DNA from: Eledone cirrhosa
Taxonomy: Eukaryota
NCBI GenBank assembly: GCA_964016885.1
Contig: CAXHJY010001250.1
Location: 30,306-94,305 of the forward strand
Length of the DNA: 64,000 nucleotides
Direction: 5' to 3'
Both the position numbers and the translations under genes were made by a program. The notes below the pieces were generated by a model. It was not told where the DNA came from. It saw only the letters and a program-made list of their open reading frames with translations, and searched no databases. This document shows positions 15,090-28,221 of this stretch, piece after piece. The first letter of the stretch is position 1. Each line of letters starts with the position of its first letter.

Positions 15090-15757
15090 TGCATTTATCT
15101 TGCTTTATGTTCATACGAGTTATCACCAAGTCACAACCAGTGACCTCAAGAGACAACAAGGTCCGCCATGTTCAAGAAAGAACACACATATTCACACATG
15201 CATCCTTAGTGTTTAGACTTGTGATGTACTTATATTGACAGGATCTTCATTAGTATATGGGCAGTTCCCATCAGTACTATCTTTTGTATATCTCCTATAC
15301 GCGGGTTTCCTGGGATTTGCGATAAGTAGTCGTTAGACCCCTTAGGTATCATTCCCAGAGCGCCTACAACCACTGGTATTGTTTTAGTTCTCAATTTCCA
15401 CATTTTTCCAATTTCTATCTCCAGGTCCTTATACTTGCTCAATTTTTCAAATGTTTTTATAGATACATTCTTGTCTATTGGAACAGACATATCAATTAGC
15501 AGGCATACCCTCCTTTGAAAGTCCTTCAATATTATATCAGGTTATTTGCATCTATTTTTCGGTCTGTTTGGATGCTAAAGTTCCACAAGATTGAGATGTG
15601 ATCTTTTTCAAGTATGGGAGGTGGTTGATGCTCCCACCAATTCTTTTGATGGGGCAGGTCAAAATGCTTACACATTATCCAATGTATGTATTGTGCAGCT
15701 CTGTCATGCCTGTTTAGGTATTCGGTTGGAGCTATAGGACTGCACATTGAAATTATA
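15090..15757 (-). mobile_element. R4/Dong-like element, family A, short 5'-truncated copy
   Basis: Near-identical to 15798-16468 (same 3' UTR and RLE C-terminus) with a 1-bp deletion near 15541 that splits ORFs 15532-15747 and 15230-15529; flanked by (ATT)n. Confidence 0.92.
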
Positions 15758-15760
15758 TTA

Positions 15761-15797
<37 letters not shown>

Positions 15798-18700
15798 TGC
15801 ATTTATCTTGCTTTATGTTTATACGAGTTATCACCAAGTCACAACCAGTGACCTCAAGAGACAACAAGGTCCGCCATGTTCAAGAAAGAACACACATATT
15901 CACACATGCATCCTTAGTGTTTAGACTTGTGATGTACTTATATTGACAGGATCTTCCTTAGTATATGGGCAGTTCCCATTAGTACTATCTTTTGTATTTC
16001 TCCTATACGCGGGTTTCCTGGGATTTGCGATAAGTAGTCGTTAGACCCCTTAGGTATCATTCCCAGAGCGCCTACAACCACTGGTATTGTTTTAGTTCTC
16101 AATTTCCACATTTTTCCAATTTCTATCTCCAGGTCCTTATACTTGCTCAATTTTTCAAATGTTTTTATAGATACATTCTTGTCTATTGGATCAGACATAT
16201 CAATTAGCAGGCATACCCTCCTTTGAAAGTCCTTCAATATTATATCAGGTCTATTTGCATCTATTTTTCGGTCTGTTTGGATGCTAAAGTTCCACAAGAT
16301 TGAGATGTGATCTTTTTCAAGTATGGGAGGTGGTTGATGCTCCCACCAATTCTTTTGATGGGGCAGGTCAAAATGCTTACACATTATCCAATGTATGTAT
16401 TGTGCAGCTCTGTCATGCCTGTTTAGGTATTCGGTTGGAGCTATAGGACTGCACATTGAAATTATATGGTCAATGGTCTCTGGTTGTTTTTTGCATACAC
16501 GGCATAATGGGCTGCACCCATTTTTTATTATGTTGGCTTGGTAATTTTTTGTTGGCAGACACTGACCTTGTGCGGATATAATCAGTCCTTCAGTCTCCGA
16601 TTTCAGTCCAGAGGATGCCAACCACTGATGGGTTAAAGTTTTGTCAACATCAGGATTGTTAGCTCGCTCTGGGTATTTTCCATACAGAGGCTTTTCTTGC
16701 CATTTCTTAGCCAGTTTCTGTAGCAGTTCTTTCTTTGCAGTTACTTTTACCTGCTTTGCTTTTTCTGTGTTTTCCATTTCAGCAGTAAATGGGACTTCTG
16801 AAATGTGTAGTCCATTACTGTATCTTTGTGCATCTTTTGTAATGGAATATGATCTTTTGGTGCTTTCGTGTTTCAAAACGAGTTTGATCATCCAATCATG
16901 TGATTCCCTTAGATATGTGGATAATCCAATTGTTGCAGTTTTCAACGCAATGTCTAACTGGATTAACCCACGTCCTCCTTCTTTCCTAGGGAGATATATT
17001 CTATCTATGTCTGCCTTAGGGTGATGCATTCTGTGCATGGTTAAGAATTTTCGGATTTTTGTATCGAGCCTACGGATCTCTGTGCTTGACCAGTTGATGA
17101 CATTGTAACTGTAGGTTACTACTGGTATGGCAAGCGTGTTTATGGCATCGATCCTATTCCTTGCATTCAATTCCGTTCTTAAGATTGCTCTGACTCTGCG
17201 GTAACATTCCTTCCTTATCCTTTCCCTCATTGTCGAGTGCTTGATTCCGTCTCCTTTACAAACACCTAGATATTTGTAAGTTTGTTCTTGATCAAGCTCT
17301 CTTATCACGTTCCCCCGATCAAGATTAATGTCTGAACTCTTCAGCAGCTTTCCTCTGGTGAACGTTGCTTTGGCGCATTTATCCAGTCCAAACTCCATTT
17401 TAATGTCATCACTGAACTGCTTCACAGTGGATAATAGCCCTTGCAATTGTTCATCATTTTTTGCGAATAGTTTCAGGTCATCCATGTAGAACAGGTGATT
17501 AATGGTTTTGTCATAGACTCTATATCCATGTTTTCTTTCATTGAGCATTTTACTTAATGGTATAAGTGCGATGCAGAATAAAAGCGGTGATAAAGAGTCA
17601 CCCTGAAAAATTCCACAATTAATGTTAACTTCTCCAGCTTCCAGTGATTTTGTTTCACTATTCAAAAGGAGTGTCGTTCTCCATGTCCTCATACTGAATG
17701 ACAAAAACCTCCTGAACACGGGGGATATTTTGAAAATCTCTAAACATTTTTCATTCCAACTGTGTGGCAAACTATCAAATGCTTTTTTATAATCTATCCA
17801 AGCAATCGATAGATTTTTGTGTCTATTATGACAATCTTCCAGTATCATTTTGTTAACCAGAAGCTGATCCTTACAGCCATATGAGCCTCGTTTACACCCT
17901 TTCTGCTCAATGGGAAATAGGTCATTTGTTATCAGGTGGTCATATGTGTATTCAGTTAGGACTGATGTTAAAATTTTATACATTGTGGTCAAGCAGGTTA
18001 TCGGTCTGTAATTTTTGGGATTGTTTGTCTCATCATTCTTCGATAGCAGGAATGTAATGCCGTTAACTAGCCATGATGGTATCTTTTCTGGCTCCTTAAC
18101 TATTTCACTGTAAAGTTGGGCTAACAGCTCATGAGACTCTGTGAAGGCATTTATCCAAAAGTTTTGTATTTTGTCTTTTCCTGGGGATTTCCATTTGCTG
18201 GTTTTTCTTAGAGCCAAGCGCAGCTGTTCAACTGTTATATTTTCCCATGTTTGTTCTTCAAGGTGAGCTGTTTCTTTCATTTGTCTGTCTATCCATGGGG
18301 CATGTTTGTTATGAACTTTTTCTTCGGCCCAGATCTTTTCCCAGAATTCTTGCACTTCCTCCTTGGGTGGTATTGATTTAGCAGTTATTGTTGACTTACC
18401 AATTTTTCTGTAGAAGTTTCTTTGGTTGTTTTTGAACATATTATTGTCCTTATAGAATCTAGATCGTTTTTCAAAGCGCCTTATACGAGCAGCTTTGGCC
18501 GACACTTTTTGCTTGATTGTTTCTATCAGCATGTCTATGTCACATGTTGATCTTATACTGTACTTTTTTTTCAATTTTCTAAGTTTAGTTTGTTTAACAT
18601 GTTCACCTACTTTATAGTTTGTTAAAATTTCTATGTCAGATCGGAGAAGGTTTATTTGGCGATTGATGTTATCTTGCCAAGTAGATTTCTTGTGGGAATT

Positions 18701-18983
18701 CCTTTGTTTTTTCATCTTCACTCCACATAAGTGAGTGGTAACTTTAGCCGATGCATAATAGAGATGATTTAAGTCAGTAATGTTTATTTTGTTTGTGATG
18801 ATAATGTTTTTGAGAATTATGTTAGTCTTGTGTATTATCTTTTGGTTCTGTTTGGAGTTCTGGATCTTAGGGAGGGTGTCTCGTTCCCCCATGTCAGATT
18901 CTTTCATTTTCATCCATTCGATCATAATTTCATCCTTCAAGTTGGCAAGTTCATTCTCATTCATTTCTTTATCATTTACGATA

Positions 18984-18985
<2 letters not shown>
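15798..18985 (-). mobile_element. R4/Dong-like element, family A, long copy
   Basis: ORF plus ~140-bp 3' UTR (15798-15937), flanked on both sides by (ATT)n (about 15756-15797 and 18986-19080). Confidence 0.92.
15938..18964 (-). CDS. R4/Dong-clade non-LTR retrotransposon ORF (RT + CCHC knuckle + restriction-like endonuclease), uninterrupted, probably 5'-truncated
   Basis: RT motifs KSPGKD, NYRPITCL, WIDYKKAFDS, GIFQGDSLSPLLF, FYMDDLK, YKYLG; CRVC..ETIDHIISMC knuckle; RHD, PDIIL..ID and K..KY RLE motifs. The frame stays open upstream straight into the (TAA)n tract, so the first Met is probably not the natural start. Confidence 0.95.
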   Translation of the reverse strand: MNENELANLKDEIMIEWMKMKESDMGERDTLPKIQNSKQNQKIIHKTNIILKNIIITNKINITDLNHLYYASAKVTTHLCGVKMKKQRNSHKKSTWQDNINRQINLLRSDIEILTNYKVGEHVKQTKLRKLKKKYSIRSTCDIDMLIETIKQKVSAKAARIRRFEKRSRFYKDNNMFKNNQRNFYRKIGKSTITAKSIPPKEEVQEFWEKIWAEEKVHNKHAPWIDRQMKETAHLEEQTWENITVEQLRLALRKTSKWKSPGKDKIQNFWINAFTESHELLAQLYSEIVKEPEKIPSWLVNGITFLLSKNDETNNPKNYRPITCLTTMYKILTSVLTEYTYDHLITNDLFPIEQKGCKRGSYGCKDQLLVNKMILEDCHNRHKNLSIAWIDYKKAFDSLPHSWNEKCLEIFKISPVFRRFLSFSMRTWRTTLLLNSETKSLEAGEVNINCGIFQGDSLSPLLFCIALIPLSKMLNERKHGYRVYDKTINHLFYMDDLKLFAKNDEQLQGLLSTVKQFSDDIKMEFGLDKCAKATFTRGKLLKSSDINLDRGNVIRELDQEQTYKYLGVCKGDGIKHSTMRERIRKECYRRVRAILRTELNARNRIDAINTLAIPVVTYSYNVINWSSTEIRRLDTKIRKFLTMHRMHHPKADIDRIYLPRKEGGRGLIQLDIALKTATIGLSTYLRESHDWMIKLVLKHESTKRSYSITKDAQRYSNGLHISEVPFTAEMENTEKAKQVKVTAKKELLQKLAKKWQEKPLYGKYPERANNPDVDKTLTHQWLASSGLKSETEGLIISAQGQCLPTKNYQANIIKNGCSPLCRVCKKQPETIDHIISMCSPIAPTEYLNRHDRAAQYIHWIMCKHFDLPHQKNWWEHQPPPILEKDHISILWNFSIQTDRKIDANRPDIILKDFQRRVCLLIDMSDPIDKNVSIKTFEKLSKYKDLEIEIGKMWKLRTKTIPVVVGALGMIPKGSNDYLSQIPGNPRIGEIQKIVLMGTAHILRKILSI

Positions 18986-19080
<95 letters not shown>

Positions 19081-19081
<1 letters not shown>

Positions 19082-19448
19082 TTTCTTTGAGTCTCAATCA
19101 TTGATGTTGTTTAACTGGAAAGTTTGTTTCAATAAATATGAAGTCACTAACTGCATCCCCAGATATTCAGGACGTATCGGAGGGTTCTTGCTGTTCCCAG
19201 CAAGCATGCCTTTTAAAGTTTTTCAAAAAGCGGGGCGGGACCAATTTTCTTTAACCATCCCTGGAAACTCTTTGAGATAGTACCTAGTGCGCCTATGACA
19301 ATCGGGACCACTTTGACTTCATGGCAGTTCCAAATCCTTTTTACCTCCCACTTTAAGTCCTGGTATCGGTTAATTTTCTCCCTCTCCTTCTCTTGCACTC
19401 TCGTGTCGAATGGGAAGGCCACATCCACAATCAGGCACGATCTTTTTT
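19081..19448 (-). mobile_element. R4/Dong-like element, family B, short decayed copy
   Basis: Aligns by eye to 14400-14768 (IVDVAFPFDTRVQEKEREKINRYQDLKWE); frameshifted; flanked by (ATT)n. Confidence 0.9.
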
Positions 19449-19841
19449 TTATTATTATTATTATTATTGTTATTATTATTATTATATTTGTGTGCGTGTA
19501 TACAAAGAAAAGCATATAGATATATGTATAGATAAATATACCGATATATATATATATAGACAGATATTCAGGAACACTAACTACTATTGGCGGCAATTTA
19601 CATACATATTAAAATCTATTCAAATGAATGACTTATACGAATGAATGGTAGGAAATTCAACTGAGTTTAATGCTATGACAATAGATGAATTGAAATTGAA
19701 GGGACGGGAGGTTCGTAGATGTATGTATAACTGGCCATTCCAATCCTAAATATACATCGTTACGAATTTATTTAAATAATCACTGTTATAAGTTTACAAT
19801 ATTTATCTCTATTTCTCTATATATCTTTCTCTCTCTCTCTC

Positions 19842-19878
<37 letters not shown>

Positions 19879-21266
19879 TTATTTCTCCTCCCTCCTCTAT
19901 CTCTCACCCACTTCTTCTTTCTATTCCCCTATCATAGTGCCACCAGATTTTCAGATCCCCGCCCCCAGTCTTCTTTGCTCTCACTCTCTTATATTGTCTG
20001 TTTCTCTTCTCTCTCCTCCTCTCTCTTCATTTCTCCCCCATCATTTTCTCTCCCTCTCCACCTCCTCTCTCTCTCTCTCTGAGCAACAGCAGAGCGCCCA
20101 TGAGAGGGTTTATTAGTAATATCTGAAAAGTGAGAAAGAGGTTTAGAGAAAAAAAGACGAAAGTAAGAGAAATAAATTATGTTAAAAGTTACATTCAGAA
20201 AAACAATATGTCTACCTGCAAACATATGGTGCCATTATTTTATTGGATAGTTTCGTTTTTCTAATTCTCAGAAATCGTATTCATCAATAATGTTGAATAG
20301 AAGTACAATTTCCGAGGATTCGGAAGCTGAAGCTAAAGTTTGTAGATGGACGTATTTAATTGTAAACCAAAACCGCCAATACTGAATGGAAATTATAATC
20401 TGTCTCTGCCTCTCTCTCTCTCTCTCTCCCTCTCTCTCACTCACTCCCTCTCTCTCCCTCTCTCTCACTCACTCCCCCTCTCTCCATCTCTCTCTCCCCC
20501 TACCTCTCTCTCTCACTCACGCACTCACACTCTCTTTCTCTCTCTCATGCCCACACTTCCTGTGTTTCCCACATTTTAAATTTTTCTCTCCCTCCATCAC
20601 TCTCGTTATATATGTATTTTTCTGTCTTTCTTTTTAACCTCATATTTGTTTTTATTGTTCTTTTGTCCTAGTAAACCTATGGTCAATGGCCTTACAGTTG
20701 AGAACCTTACATCGTTTAAGTATGTCTTGAATTACATTATCTATTGTATCCTTCATTCTTTGAGAGGGTACACCATTCTTCGAGTGAGTTCGGCTGCTAT
20801 TTCCAGCATGTTAACATCATAAAGAAGCTCCCTTATGTGTGTTTATGGCTATCCATCTCTGTATGGGTTGTTAAATGTTAATTAGCTAATTTCAATAGCA
20901 AAGATATGCAATTCTTATCAGCAAAATAGCATTACTATAAACGAGAAATGTTTGAAGACAAACAAGTGATTATTACATTCGAAATATGAGAGGTACGTAT
21001 GACAGCTAGCTTAATTCGTTGCATAATTGGAAGACATATAGGAAGCAATATTAAACTAAATCGTTAATGGATGAAAATTAACAGCAATATTTTCTTTACG
21101 TATGAGGTCAATGATATATTTGATGAGTTAACACTGCGAACTGATTGCGGTACATATATGATTATATTTAACACCGATAACTTAGATATCTAAATATGTG
21201 TCCAGTGTTAGAATATACTTTGCGCAAACACGCATCTCACAGATACACATGCACTAACTATTATAC

Positions 21267-21443
21267 CGGTAAAATTCCGTTATAACGAATACCATTATAA
21301 TGAATTTTTCAGTATAATAACATTTTTTTTAATCCCTTTTTTCAAACGCTTCGTTTGTTTCGGTCGATCTCGTTGTAAATAATTTTTCGTTACAACGGAT
21401 TTTCCTTATACCCCGTGCATTTCGTTATAACGGAATTTCACAG
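21267..21443. mobile_element. pogo/Tigger-type MITE
   Basis: 23-bp imperfect TIRs cggtaaaattccgttataacgaa / ttcgttataacggaatttcacag, TA at the ends, internal ataacga-like subrepeats. Confidence 0.7.
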
Positions 21444-23237
21444 TATCTATATGTTTGACCAGAAGTCAATAAGGGAGGTATTACACAGTTGTGCGACCTC
21501 TTCGATGTATCTGACAAATATCCCTCAAACTCCCAATCTGCAAATAATATGGATTGTAGCTCATGCCCAGAGGAAGATATGAAATGATTATATCTAGAAT
21601 GAGTTTTGATCATAAGTGTGTTGCATCATCATTGACCAGGGCACAAAATACAATGTGTGGTCAGTATCTGATTATATATTTGACCTCTTTCCCTTTTATT
21701 TTATCTACAAATATTGATCAGTGCCAGTATGGTCGCTTTATTCGTTTAACACTTGTAAAAAGTTTCTATTGAATGTGTGCTGTTATTTGTGTAAACATAT
21801 TTCTTTTGTATTTCATACGTAGAATAAATCGTATCTCACTCAGCATATGGCATGGCGAATATGTTATAAATGTATTGACATAAAAAGCAACATTCAATTG
21901 AAAGCAAATAGTTGTATTTTTATCGCTTATAGAATAACATTCCCCCAACACAAAACAGAGTAACTTGCTTAAATTCTTACTGAGATATCAAAACGGACGC
22001 CCTTCTAATTAAACATCTTGGAATACAACCAGCTAGACATAACAGCAAGATTATCGTCAAACAACACACTACTTTGCGTTACAATAAAAAAACACATATT
22101 GAATAACGTAATCCTAGTTATACCATATCCAAAACATAAAGGCGAGATATTATTACCTAGATTTTAAGTTTCCTTTAATGATTAACATTGAAAGATGAAT
22201 ATAATCATTAAGGCATCAGACAAAATGTTTTGTGGCATTTGATTCTGTTCTTTAGGTTTTAACTGTAAATACCATTGAGGCCAGCTTTGCTTGTCTGCCC
22301 TACGGGATAAATAGATTAAAAAGAAACAAAGTAAGGCAGATTTGCAAATTTGTTCTATAAATAGACACACATATGTTGCGCTATTTGTTCCGCCTTTTTA
22401 TGTTCTCAGTTTGAATTTCCTCGGGGTTAACTTTAAGTTTAGTCCTTCCGCGATCAATAAAATAAGCAGCCTTGAGCGGAAGACTGGGAATTATGCTAGA
22501 GCGTTTAAAAAATGCCTTCCTGTATATGTTCCGGCCCCTTACATTCTGAGTTCGCTTGCAAAGATTCTGTTGGCAAACTGCATTTCCTATTAACAACACC
22601 ATTGCCGTGACGAAAATGAGACTTTCTGCATAGACAATTGACGCCCTTCCATAGAAAAAAAAATCCTGCTTGTGCCTGCAACCATTTGTAGCAACCATCC
22701 AAGGGTAGATATATAATGGTCACCTTTGTCTACAAAAGCTTTAAATAGCATATATATGAGTTACCATGTTAATTACGTCGTGCATCTTCCTGAGTCGAGA
22801 CGTACGTCAGTATGTACGAGACAAAACGAGTTACCAGCTAAAGGTGTGTACAATAATAATATTTTCTACTTTTGGCACAAGGCCAGCAATTACTTAGTAC
22901 ATTACTGGTACTTTATTTACAATAATAACTGTTTCTACTTTTGGCACAAGGCCAGCAAAGATGAAAGCCAAAGTTAACTTCGGCGGGATTTGAACTCAGA
23001 ATGGCAAGGACCATACCTCTATGCTGCAAAGCATGACGTCCGACCCTCTACCGATACTGCCTTACAATAATAATACCAATACGTGTGTTTCTTCGTAAAT
23101 AGATATATACAAGATGTCCTAAAGAATATATACAAACTTCAACAGCATTCTAATAAATATTGCCTGTAAAGTTAATAAACGTATGTATGCATTTTTGCCC
23201 CCCCCCCCCCTCTCTCTCTCTCGCTCAATCTCTCTCT

Positions 23238-23289
<52 letters not shown>

Positions 23290-23298
23290 GTATGTATG

Positions 23299-23414
<116 letters not shown>

Positions 23415-23415
23415 T

Positions 23416-24225
23416 AAATATACACGGGTGTGTATGATTGTGTATAGAAGATTATATTAATAAAAGGAATTCCAACTTTGTCTGATTTACTCGTTTTATT
23501 TAGAATCCTTTAAAATTTATAATGGTATTAGAATGAAATAGTATGGTAGAATATTAAATGTTAAGTGTTAATTGAACAAGTACTTTCATGCTTTCGCAAT
23601 CTTCAGGTTCATAATGTGTGGTGACAGTCAAGTTTGCAATTTTCAACTGTAATGAGATGGGTAAATTGTGTCCCTTATATACAGTGAAAAGTGGCTCCAG
23701 AATCTTGCAAACTGTATTTCAACCAATCGGTGTGTAGTTTCACTGATTTACTAAAGCTGATTGGTTTAGGCGTCACGGTTGTTGAGAATGCCTAACGACT
23801 ACTAATTGACCCTATCCAAAGCATCAATTGTTTTGCTATATTTAGAAATGATGAACATAGCATTTTCTAGTAATCATCCCCATCAACATCACTTTTATTA
23901 TTATTATTATTGTTGTTGTTGTTGTTAGTGGTCGTAGTCATAGTCATAGTAGGGTACCCCATTATTATTGTTCATTTAGCATTCTGGAGCCACTTTTCAC
24001 TGTATATAAGGCACACAATTTACCGATCTCATTACAGTTGAAAATTGCAAACTTGACTGTCACCACACATTATGAACCCAAAGATTGCGAAAGCATGAAA
24101 CTACTTTTTCAATTAACACTTAACATTTAATATTCTACCATACTATTCCATTCTAATACCATTATACATTTTAAAGGAGTGTAAATAAAACGAGTAAATC
24201 AGACAAAGTTGGAATTCCTTTTATT

Positions 24226-24231
<6 letters not shown>
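23416..24231. mobile_element. Inverted-repeat element (~250-bp arms) with ~37-bp tail
   Basis: Arms 23453-23703 and 23981-24231, tail 23416-23452; second copy at 53165-53468. Confidence 0.88.
23573..23611 (-). ncRNA. Minimal type I hammerhead motif
   Basis: UGAAC-CUGAAGA-UUGC-GAAA-GCAU-GAAA-GUAC-UU-GUUCA; 5-bp stem I, palindromic AGUACU in place of stem III. Confidence 0.8.
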
Positions 24232-24256
<25 letters not shown>

Positions 24257-25029
24257 TTATTTATTTATTCATTTATTTATTTATTTATTGATAGATATAC
24301 ATTTACATGCATATACATATATATAAAATCATTGCAAACACTCCCAAATTAATGTTTCTAAATATTGAAATTTTGAAACATATTACGATCGAAGCCCTAA
24401 AGTAAATTGCGTCTGAATCTTTTAATCCCTAGAATATATTAAATTTTAAATTTAATTATAAATTTATTGAAATGTTGTTTTCTTCTAAAGAACTATGGAT
24501 ATGCACAGATGTAAATAATTGGTTTTACTCTTTCATCTTTTATACAACTCTATTCCAATTTGTATAATATCTAATGAATATACACGTTATAGTGTTTACA
24601 TGCAGTTAAATGCAGATGTTTTCATATATATCTTTGAAACGTGTAATCAATTTATTAAACATATGATCTCTTGCCTATTCAATATGACTATACATGTTAT
24701 GAGATGATTTCGGATCTTTATAATAGGTTCTTTGCCTAGGTGATCTATTGGATTTCAAATTATCCAACTTAACCCAAGGGATATCTGCAGTAAGACAATA
24801 AATCGGAGAAAGAAGAAAAGCTAACATGATCATTGTTTTGCTAGCCATTTAAGTCGTATACATTTTAACAACACGAGAGGGAATCTTGACCGGAGTGCCA
24901 TTCTATTATTACCTATATCTCTGTCTATCCATCCATTACCTACGTACATATATATACGTGTGTCTCTTTCGTACTCTATCCACTCTCTCTCTCTGTGTAT
25001 TCACACACACAGACAAACAGACACACACA

Positions 25030-25112
<83 letters not shown>

Positions 25113-27990
25113 TAGTATCTGCTGTCTCTATACATCTCCTTCTCTAAATATATACATACCTACTTTTCTATCTATGCATACCAACGGTATTATTATCTTA
25201 CGGCTAACACCATTTTAAAAATTGCTAGCTTGCAGCGCGCCAATATTTCCACCCTCATTCTGGATTCAGGTTGTCGTTTCAACTATATTCTGATACTTAA
25301 ACGTTTAATAAATTTCCTAAAGGTGAAACTTTCACACAATCTCATTTTACAACCATCCACTCTACTCTAAAACTAAAAGGGATAAAGGCACATATACACA
25401 TATCATAGATTAAAGAATTATCTATAATCCCTATAATTACTACAGCTATCGTAGCTATCAAATATTCATATACTAACCATCATAATATATTTTCCGTTTC
25501 TCTTTCTCTATTTATCTATCTCTTTCAATATAAATAGATGCATTGATCAAGAAAGAATGGATATATTACTTCTCTCTTGTGCTCACTTCGTTGTTTAGCC
25601 AATTTAGGCACCAGGTATTTCCTGACCGAGATGCAACCATCATCATCCCATCCTTATATAAATCAGGAACATCGCTCTTGTGAGTTCTATCGTAGACCAT
25701 TTTCTGTTTTATCCTAGGAAAGATGTATCCAATAGGTTTTATATGTGAAGTAGTTATAGTATTTGAGGGATATTTGGTTGCTATTTCTTTCAGATCTGGC
25801 AATGATGTAGATGGTATTTTCTAATTGTTTCAAAAGTAACGGAAAAAAATAATTCGTAAAACATTGAACAAAATATCTTGCTTACTTTTATTACATCTCT
25901 TAACGCTCTGAATTCTCGTATCAGCGTAGACGACGGTTCAAGAGAAAACATTTTATTATTTCATCCAGCTCTTTGTGTATTGACTTCAAGTTTAGCTTAG
26001 GTTAGCATTGCCTTTTCTGTCCAATATCTGAAGCGGTGGATTAGTAACATTTTTAGAGGGAGGAATGTGATGCCTTGCAGTATCTGTTTGAGTTTTAACA
26101 GTTGCAATGGAACTGTTGTCAAGCTTTATCAACTTTCTAATCCCCCAGGCAACATTGTTGACATGTAAAGAATAGATTTGCCGGAAAGACAAATGCTTGA
26201 TTTCCACGAGGATATTTGCTCATGACTACCCCTTGCAGAATAATTTTGTAAAGGCAGATGTAGAGATCATATATGCATGCATTGTCCTGTAACATCTGAA
26301 GGAGACGTAAGGTCACCGTAATAACGTATGGCGTTTCTAGAGCATCTACTTAAACCTGATGTTCTTCTCCAGGTCGAAATAAAGCAGATTTCTTCCAAAG
26401 AAAACAGAGTGGTTAGAAAGAAATGAAGCGTGAAAGAGATATAGAGGAAGAATAGAACACATTCCTTCACTGGTACTTTTTAATGACCTCAAATGGACGA
26501 TAGACAAAACAAACAATCTCAGCGGGATTCGAACTAAAAGAGCAGAAAGCCGAAATGAATACGCAAAGCATTCTATCCGACATTCTAATGACTTTGTTAA
26601 TTCACGACTGTGATATATAATGAAAAACAAAGTGAGCAAGAGAAGAATCAGTGCTTTCGAGATATTTTAATCAAGGATTGAATCGTTTAGGAAGTTTCCA
26701 CATGTAGAAGTAAACTGTAATCAATCATAATTAGTTCAACACCGAAACCAATTGAAACCTCAAAAGCCGTGAAAAATGCCAAACCAGCTACATTCATATG
26801 TATACAATTTTTTTCATAACGAACTTTGTTATCAACACTTTATTAATTATATTTAACAAGGAATACACCTGCGCAGAGAAAGAAAGATGTATATGCTCTT
26901 TCAAACTACTACAAGTAATATCCAAATCTTTTTCACCTTCTAGTTTTTAGAAAGTGGCGTCAGGGTGGTATATAGAATAATATTGTCTGTAGAAATATTT
27001 GAATATTTCCGAATAAAATATATTTAGTCATAGATTTGCTGAACAAGTGCTGACCTAGGATTAAACAACACCAACAACAACAACATTGACTGCCATAAAT
27101 AGTGTTAAATTAAATTTGTGGGATGTAACGTTAATGGATTTACCACATTTCAACTCAATTCGATTTGTGTATTAATTAACTGTAGGAATCTATACAACTT
27201 AAAATGTCCTGTAACATTCAAGAAAGAGCAAGTTCAATCTAGGTGCACCTAAATTTCTTTCGGCATTTCGATTAAAATCTGGTGGGTTATTGCTAAGCTA
27301 AAATACAGTTGATGTGAACTGTAGTAACGTCTTATGCGAGAACTGACCCAATGCAGAGAATTTATTTTCGTATAATATCAAAAGGCTGAATTTTTCATTG
27401 CGATCGCTTTGTCAAAGACGAACGATAACGCCTCCTCAACAAACACTACTTTACATTTTATCTGCTCTCATCCAAGAACTTCATTATTACCTGTCACCAT
27501 TAACTATATCTTCAATTACATTGTGCAATCAACAACCTTCAATTATCTGCACTCTGCGTCAAACATCCCCACCATTGTTTTTCTAGTGCTTCCCCTTTCT
27601 TGAAAGGCAAATCTCTGAAACTTGCCCCTTTTCACGACAATTTCTTTGTATAAACAATATTTGCTGCCAAACGCTGAGACCTCACTCACCACACCGTTTC
27701 CTTTGTGCTGGGGATTTTTATTTACATCGTTCACACACTCTCATTTTTCGATTTGTTTCTATCAATATCAGATATATTGAACACTAGCACACCCCAACAC
27801 ATACAAGTATATGCGTGCATGAATACCGACCTAATACAAACACAAACACGTATACACTAACACGTAACAGAAACGGACAATGTCCCAAACATAAATATCT
27901 TAATATAGTAACATCCACCAACCATCTACGCTTTTCAATGCCACCCATATAAATGGCATCATATTTACCATTTTTCGACCTTCTAGAAAT

Positions 27991-28178
27991 AATTGTTTCT
28001 ACTTTAGGCACAAGGCCAGCAATTACCCAGTGCATTACTAGTACTTTATGTTATCGACCCCGTAAGGATGAAAGGCAAAGTCAACCTCGGCGGGATTTGA
28101 ACTCATATTGTAAGGGGACATAACTATGCTGGAAAGCATGGCGTCCGACCCTCAACCGATACTGGCAATCCACCGCCC
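27991..28178 (-). mobile_element. tRNA-derived SINE (main family) with target-site duplication
   Basis: Pol III B-box GAGTTCAAATCCC and body tttgcctttcatccttacggggtcgataa; TSD ccttctagaaataa at 27979-27992 and 28177-28190. Confidence 0.9.
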
Positions 28179-28221
28179 TTCTAGAAATAATGACAAAATC
28201 TACCAAATATAACACAGTACA

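Noticed and set aside
15090-15950. Direct repeats as LTRs or a CRISPR-like array
   Set aside because: They are the 3' ends of two tandem non-LTR copies; no TG..CA ends, primer-binding site or spacer structure.
16641-17024. Plus-strand ORFs overlapping the retrotransposon
   Set aside because: Antisense shadows of the RT ORF.
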